A DNA stretch of 64,000 bases from contig OZ024748.1 in NCBI GenBank assembly GCA_964016885.1, forward strand, positions 10,602,001 through 10,666,000. The letters run 5' to 3'. This DNA is from Eledone cirrhosa. Taxonomy: Eukaryota. Under the pieces are notes generated by a model, which saw nothing but the letters and a program-made list of their open reading frames with translations, was not told where the DNA came from and did no database searches. Below are positions 61,801-64,000 of the stretch, in pieces (position 1 is the stretch's first letter; each line of letters starts with the position of its first letter). The position numbers were made by a program, and so were the translations under genes.

Positions 61801-64000
61801 AAATTCACAGAAATCAGAATGTTTGTGACAACTACCTGATCACTTTACAGTGTGGGCTGGGTGTTTTTTGCCATGTCACCATCCATATCTGTTACATATC
61901 CATAAACCAGCACAATCTTCTCTCCTGCACACAACATCTGATTCCTTTTATACTCAACTTTTCTCTGAGCTCATCCATGTCTAGGGTGCAACAGTAAAGG
62001 GGCTGTACCCCACTTCCCATTTTAAAAACTTACTTTTATTTTAATTTTTGTTCTTGTTATCTTTCCAGGTTGTCTTCTCAGCTGATTCTTGATGCCTCGT
62101 TACAGGCAACAGATGAGTTAGAAGTGGTAGACATACTGACATTACAACAACAACAGATTACATTACCAGATTATTGCCTTAACTTAATCTTCACTACTCT
62201 CAACCTACTTAAAAAGTCTTCCCAGTTGTCAGATGTGTCCACTCTTGTACAGTTGCTGCCAAACACAATGGCCCTCCTCTCCGAAAGTATCACCATTGAT
62301 ATTTGGAACAACGAAAGTGAAACTGCCAGGAAAATTGTAAATAAACTAAAAGACTGTATAGAGTTAATATGTGAACTACTACAGCAGCATCACCACAGAA
62401 ACCAAATGTCTGATAATGGTAAACCTTCAGAGGAACTCATTGTGAAGTCCAGACAAATATTTATTGCACTAAGTGGTTTTCTAGTTTCTTTCCTCAAACA
62501 ATTTGTTACTGTAGAACAGATCCAAGCTTCGATGCCAGAGATACTTCCAACCACCATAGAACTGGTAGCCTTTGATGAATGTGTGTCGCAGATGTGGCCT
62601 GAACTCCACTCCTCTATGCTGGGTTACTTGCATCAACTAACCTATGACAAATACTGTCTCTATACACAGACAGCCAGAATTTGTACTTCCTTGCAACGGA
62701 CTTGTTGCTTCCTAGAAAAATTTAGCCAAATGACTGACGACTCTGCAGAATTACTTGACCTAGCCAGCAGTTGTTTACTTGGAATACCTTACCATGTACA
62801 TCCACCATTTATCCACAGACTTATTGATTTCTGTTCACAATATTGTCGAACGTTGGAGGTTTCTTGCCTGAAGGATGAAACACAAGTGTTTGAAATCTTT
62901 GTGAAGTTACTAGCTCATTGTGAAGCAAGGGTGAAGGAGATAACTTATGAATACACCTTGAAGGTTGTGAAAGAATCTTTAAATATTAATAAAATTGCAG
63001 CCCAAACCTCTCCATCTTCACAGCTAGGAGTTAAGTTTTTAATTAATCCAATAGTTCTACATGAAATTATATTCTTTGGTATGGCTGACCAAAATAAAAG
63101 GATACCACAACTGGCATCTGATATTATGCTATATCTGCTACAAGCTCAACTTCTTGTAGATGGAGATATGTGGCAGGAATTCCTCACGGCTTTGGTCAAA
63201 TCTTTACCTGTGTTACAGTCTTATGCTGAGAATGAAACCCCACTTGGATATTGTGTTCTTGGAATGGTGGAACCTAATAAAGAAAATGCACCAACACAAT
63301 TGCCTCGCTGTGAGAAATTCCGAGGAGTTTTAAGGCTTTTATTTTTACCTAATAGCAAAGTTCGCTGTGAGGCTGTGACGCACCTGCTGTGGTTTATCTG
63401 TCATGAGAGCAATCAAGAGACCAAGCTACCTCAGGTGAATGATCTCAAGATATCAGACCTACCTGACTTCTTCTCCATGCCCTGTTTACAGCTACTGGAG
63501 TTGGAGCAGGAATCCTCCGTCTTTAATGCCGATGATGTAACCAAAGTATATAACATATTCTGCTCTAAGACACTTGATGAAGAAATGAAGAAGTCAGCTC
63601 TTGAACAACTTGCTATTATGTTACTTGATCAGAAACTTCATAATATCTTCAAAGAACTTGGTGGCATTGAAGAAATTCTGTTCTATATCCATCAAAGTGT
63701 CTTGAAAGAACCAGTTTCATCTCAGAAGTCAGTTAACTACAACATCTTTTTGCCATGTTGTCTGACAATTCTCTCTGTAATTTTACAACACAACAGTATC
63801 GAAAGACATCGACTGAAAGACCAAGAAGACTTATATTATACATTACTACGAGTTGCCTTGCTACATGACAAAGAAGACTCTCTAAAATATGAGGTCACCA
63901 AAATCTTGACCTTTCTCCTGTTTGATGAGGTGATTCTCTCAGACGCTGCTTGTAAACCAACAGATGACAAGACAAAGTTCACCAAGTTTTCAATGCCATA
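52276..64000 (+). CDS. RTTN: Rotatin, 3'-partial; exons 52276-52330, 56571-56758, 56990-57176, 58036-58149, 58983-59055, 59896-60010, 60263-60443, 60866-61031, 62069-64000+
   Basis: In-frame join gives KLGHELEEIRVRALNNIISKL...LLEWFNFP (RTTN N-terminal signature), [44 protein letters not shown]. Confidence 0.93.
52920..53427 (+). mobile_element. RTE-like LINE 3' fragment in RTTN intron 1
   Basis: KGRLYDACVRNAMLHGSETW...LRWM (frameshift) RRLRWYGHVMRM...GRGRPRKTW, then (GAT)n tail. Confidence 0.9.
53428..54562. repeat. Almost pure A/T low-complexity tract interrupted by one SINE
   Basis: Direct reading. Confidence 0.95.
56571..56758 (+). CDS. RTTN: RTTN exon 2
   Basis: GHELEEIRVRALNNIISKLNYGLV...LLEWFNFPSAP. 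Confidence 0.93.
56990..57176 (+). CDS. RTTN: RTTN exon 3
   Basis: AAG acceptor; NSTACESLREIGAIDFLSHLR...IDTILENL. Confidence 0.87.
57210..57533 (+). mobile_element. RTE-like LINE 3' fragment in RTTN intron 3
   Basis: RRLHWYGHMMYMDD..WVKKCQE; diverged homolog of 53100-53427. Confidence 0.85.
58036..58149 (+). CDS. RTTN: RTTN exon 4 (poorly conserved linker)
   Basis: Open phase 1/1 exon bounded by AG/GT. Confidence 0.7.
58983..59055 (+). CDS. RTTN: RTTN exon 5
   Basis: [23 protein letters not shown]. Confidence 0.9.
59896..60010 (+). CDS. RTTN: RTTN exon 6
   Basis: [26 protein letters not shown]. Confidence 0.92.
60263..60443 (+). CDS. RTTN: RTTN exon 7
   Basis: GLLEVL...LHTRLKYHQDPAFYTPKP. 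Confidence 0.88.
60866..61031 (+). CDS. RTTN: RTTN exon 8
   Basis: MWSNISTLSVP...GDGRDGDSSMSSVE|gtaag. Confidence 0.87.
61051..61144 (+). pseudogene. tRNA-Arg(ACG) pseudogene
   Basis: GCAATGGATAATGCGCCTGACTACGGATCAGAAGATTCCAGGTTTGAATCCTAGCAAGCTCG resembles eukaryotic tRNA-Arg-ACG; anticodon 61105-61107; B-box TTC>TTT, stem mismatches, T22 in the 5' acceptor strand; T6 downstream. Confidence 0.85.
62069..64000 (+). CDS. RTTN: RTTN exon 9 (at least 1932 nt, runs off window)
   Basis: ttccag acceptor; hand-translated from 62070 with no stop to 64000; helical ARM-like sequence. Confidence 0.92.

Overview
AT-rich, microsatellite- and SINE-dense eukaryotic DNA; repeat content suggests a coleoid cephalopod such as Octopus (inference). 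Three spliced genes lie on the + strand. (1) The 3' part (7 exons, 248-8427) of an ankyrin-repeat DHHC palmitoyltransferase, containing a clear U12-type minor intron (5319-6169). (2) A complete 9-exon DENND11/LCHN gene (15133-42903, ~450 aa) whose 14.6-kb first intron holds a 5'-truncated, decayed Gypsy pol followed by a ~590-bp segment with 102-bp inverted arms. (3) The 5' part of rotatin (RTTN, 52276 to beyond 64000), ending in a >1.9-kb uninterrupted coding exon missed by the ORF track, with a tRNA-Arg(ACG) pseudogene in intron 8. Non-coding DNA is made of tRNA-derived SINEs, RTE-like LINE fragments sharing 3' tails with a SINE, piggyBac-like and Tc1/mariner-like MITEs, TE-derived minisatellites and several near-perfect hairpins. 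Most ORF-track entries are microsatellite artefacts. No CRISPR or prokaryotic system is present. All family assignments come from motif recall, not database searches.
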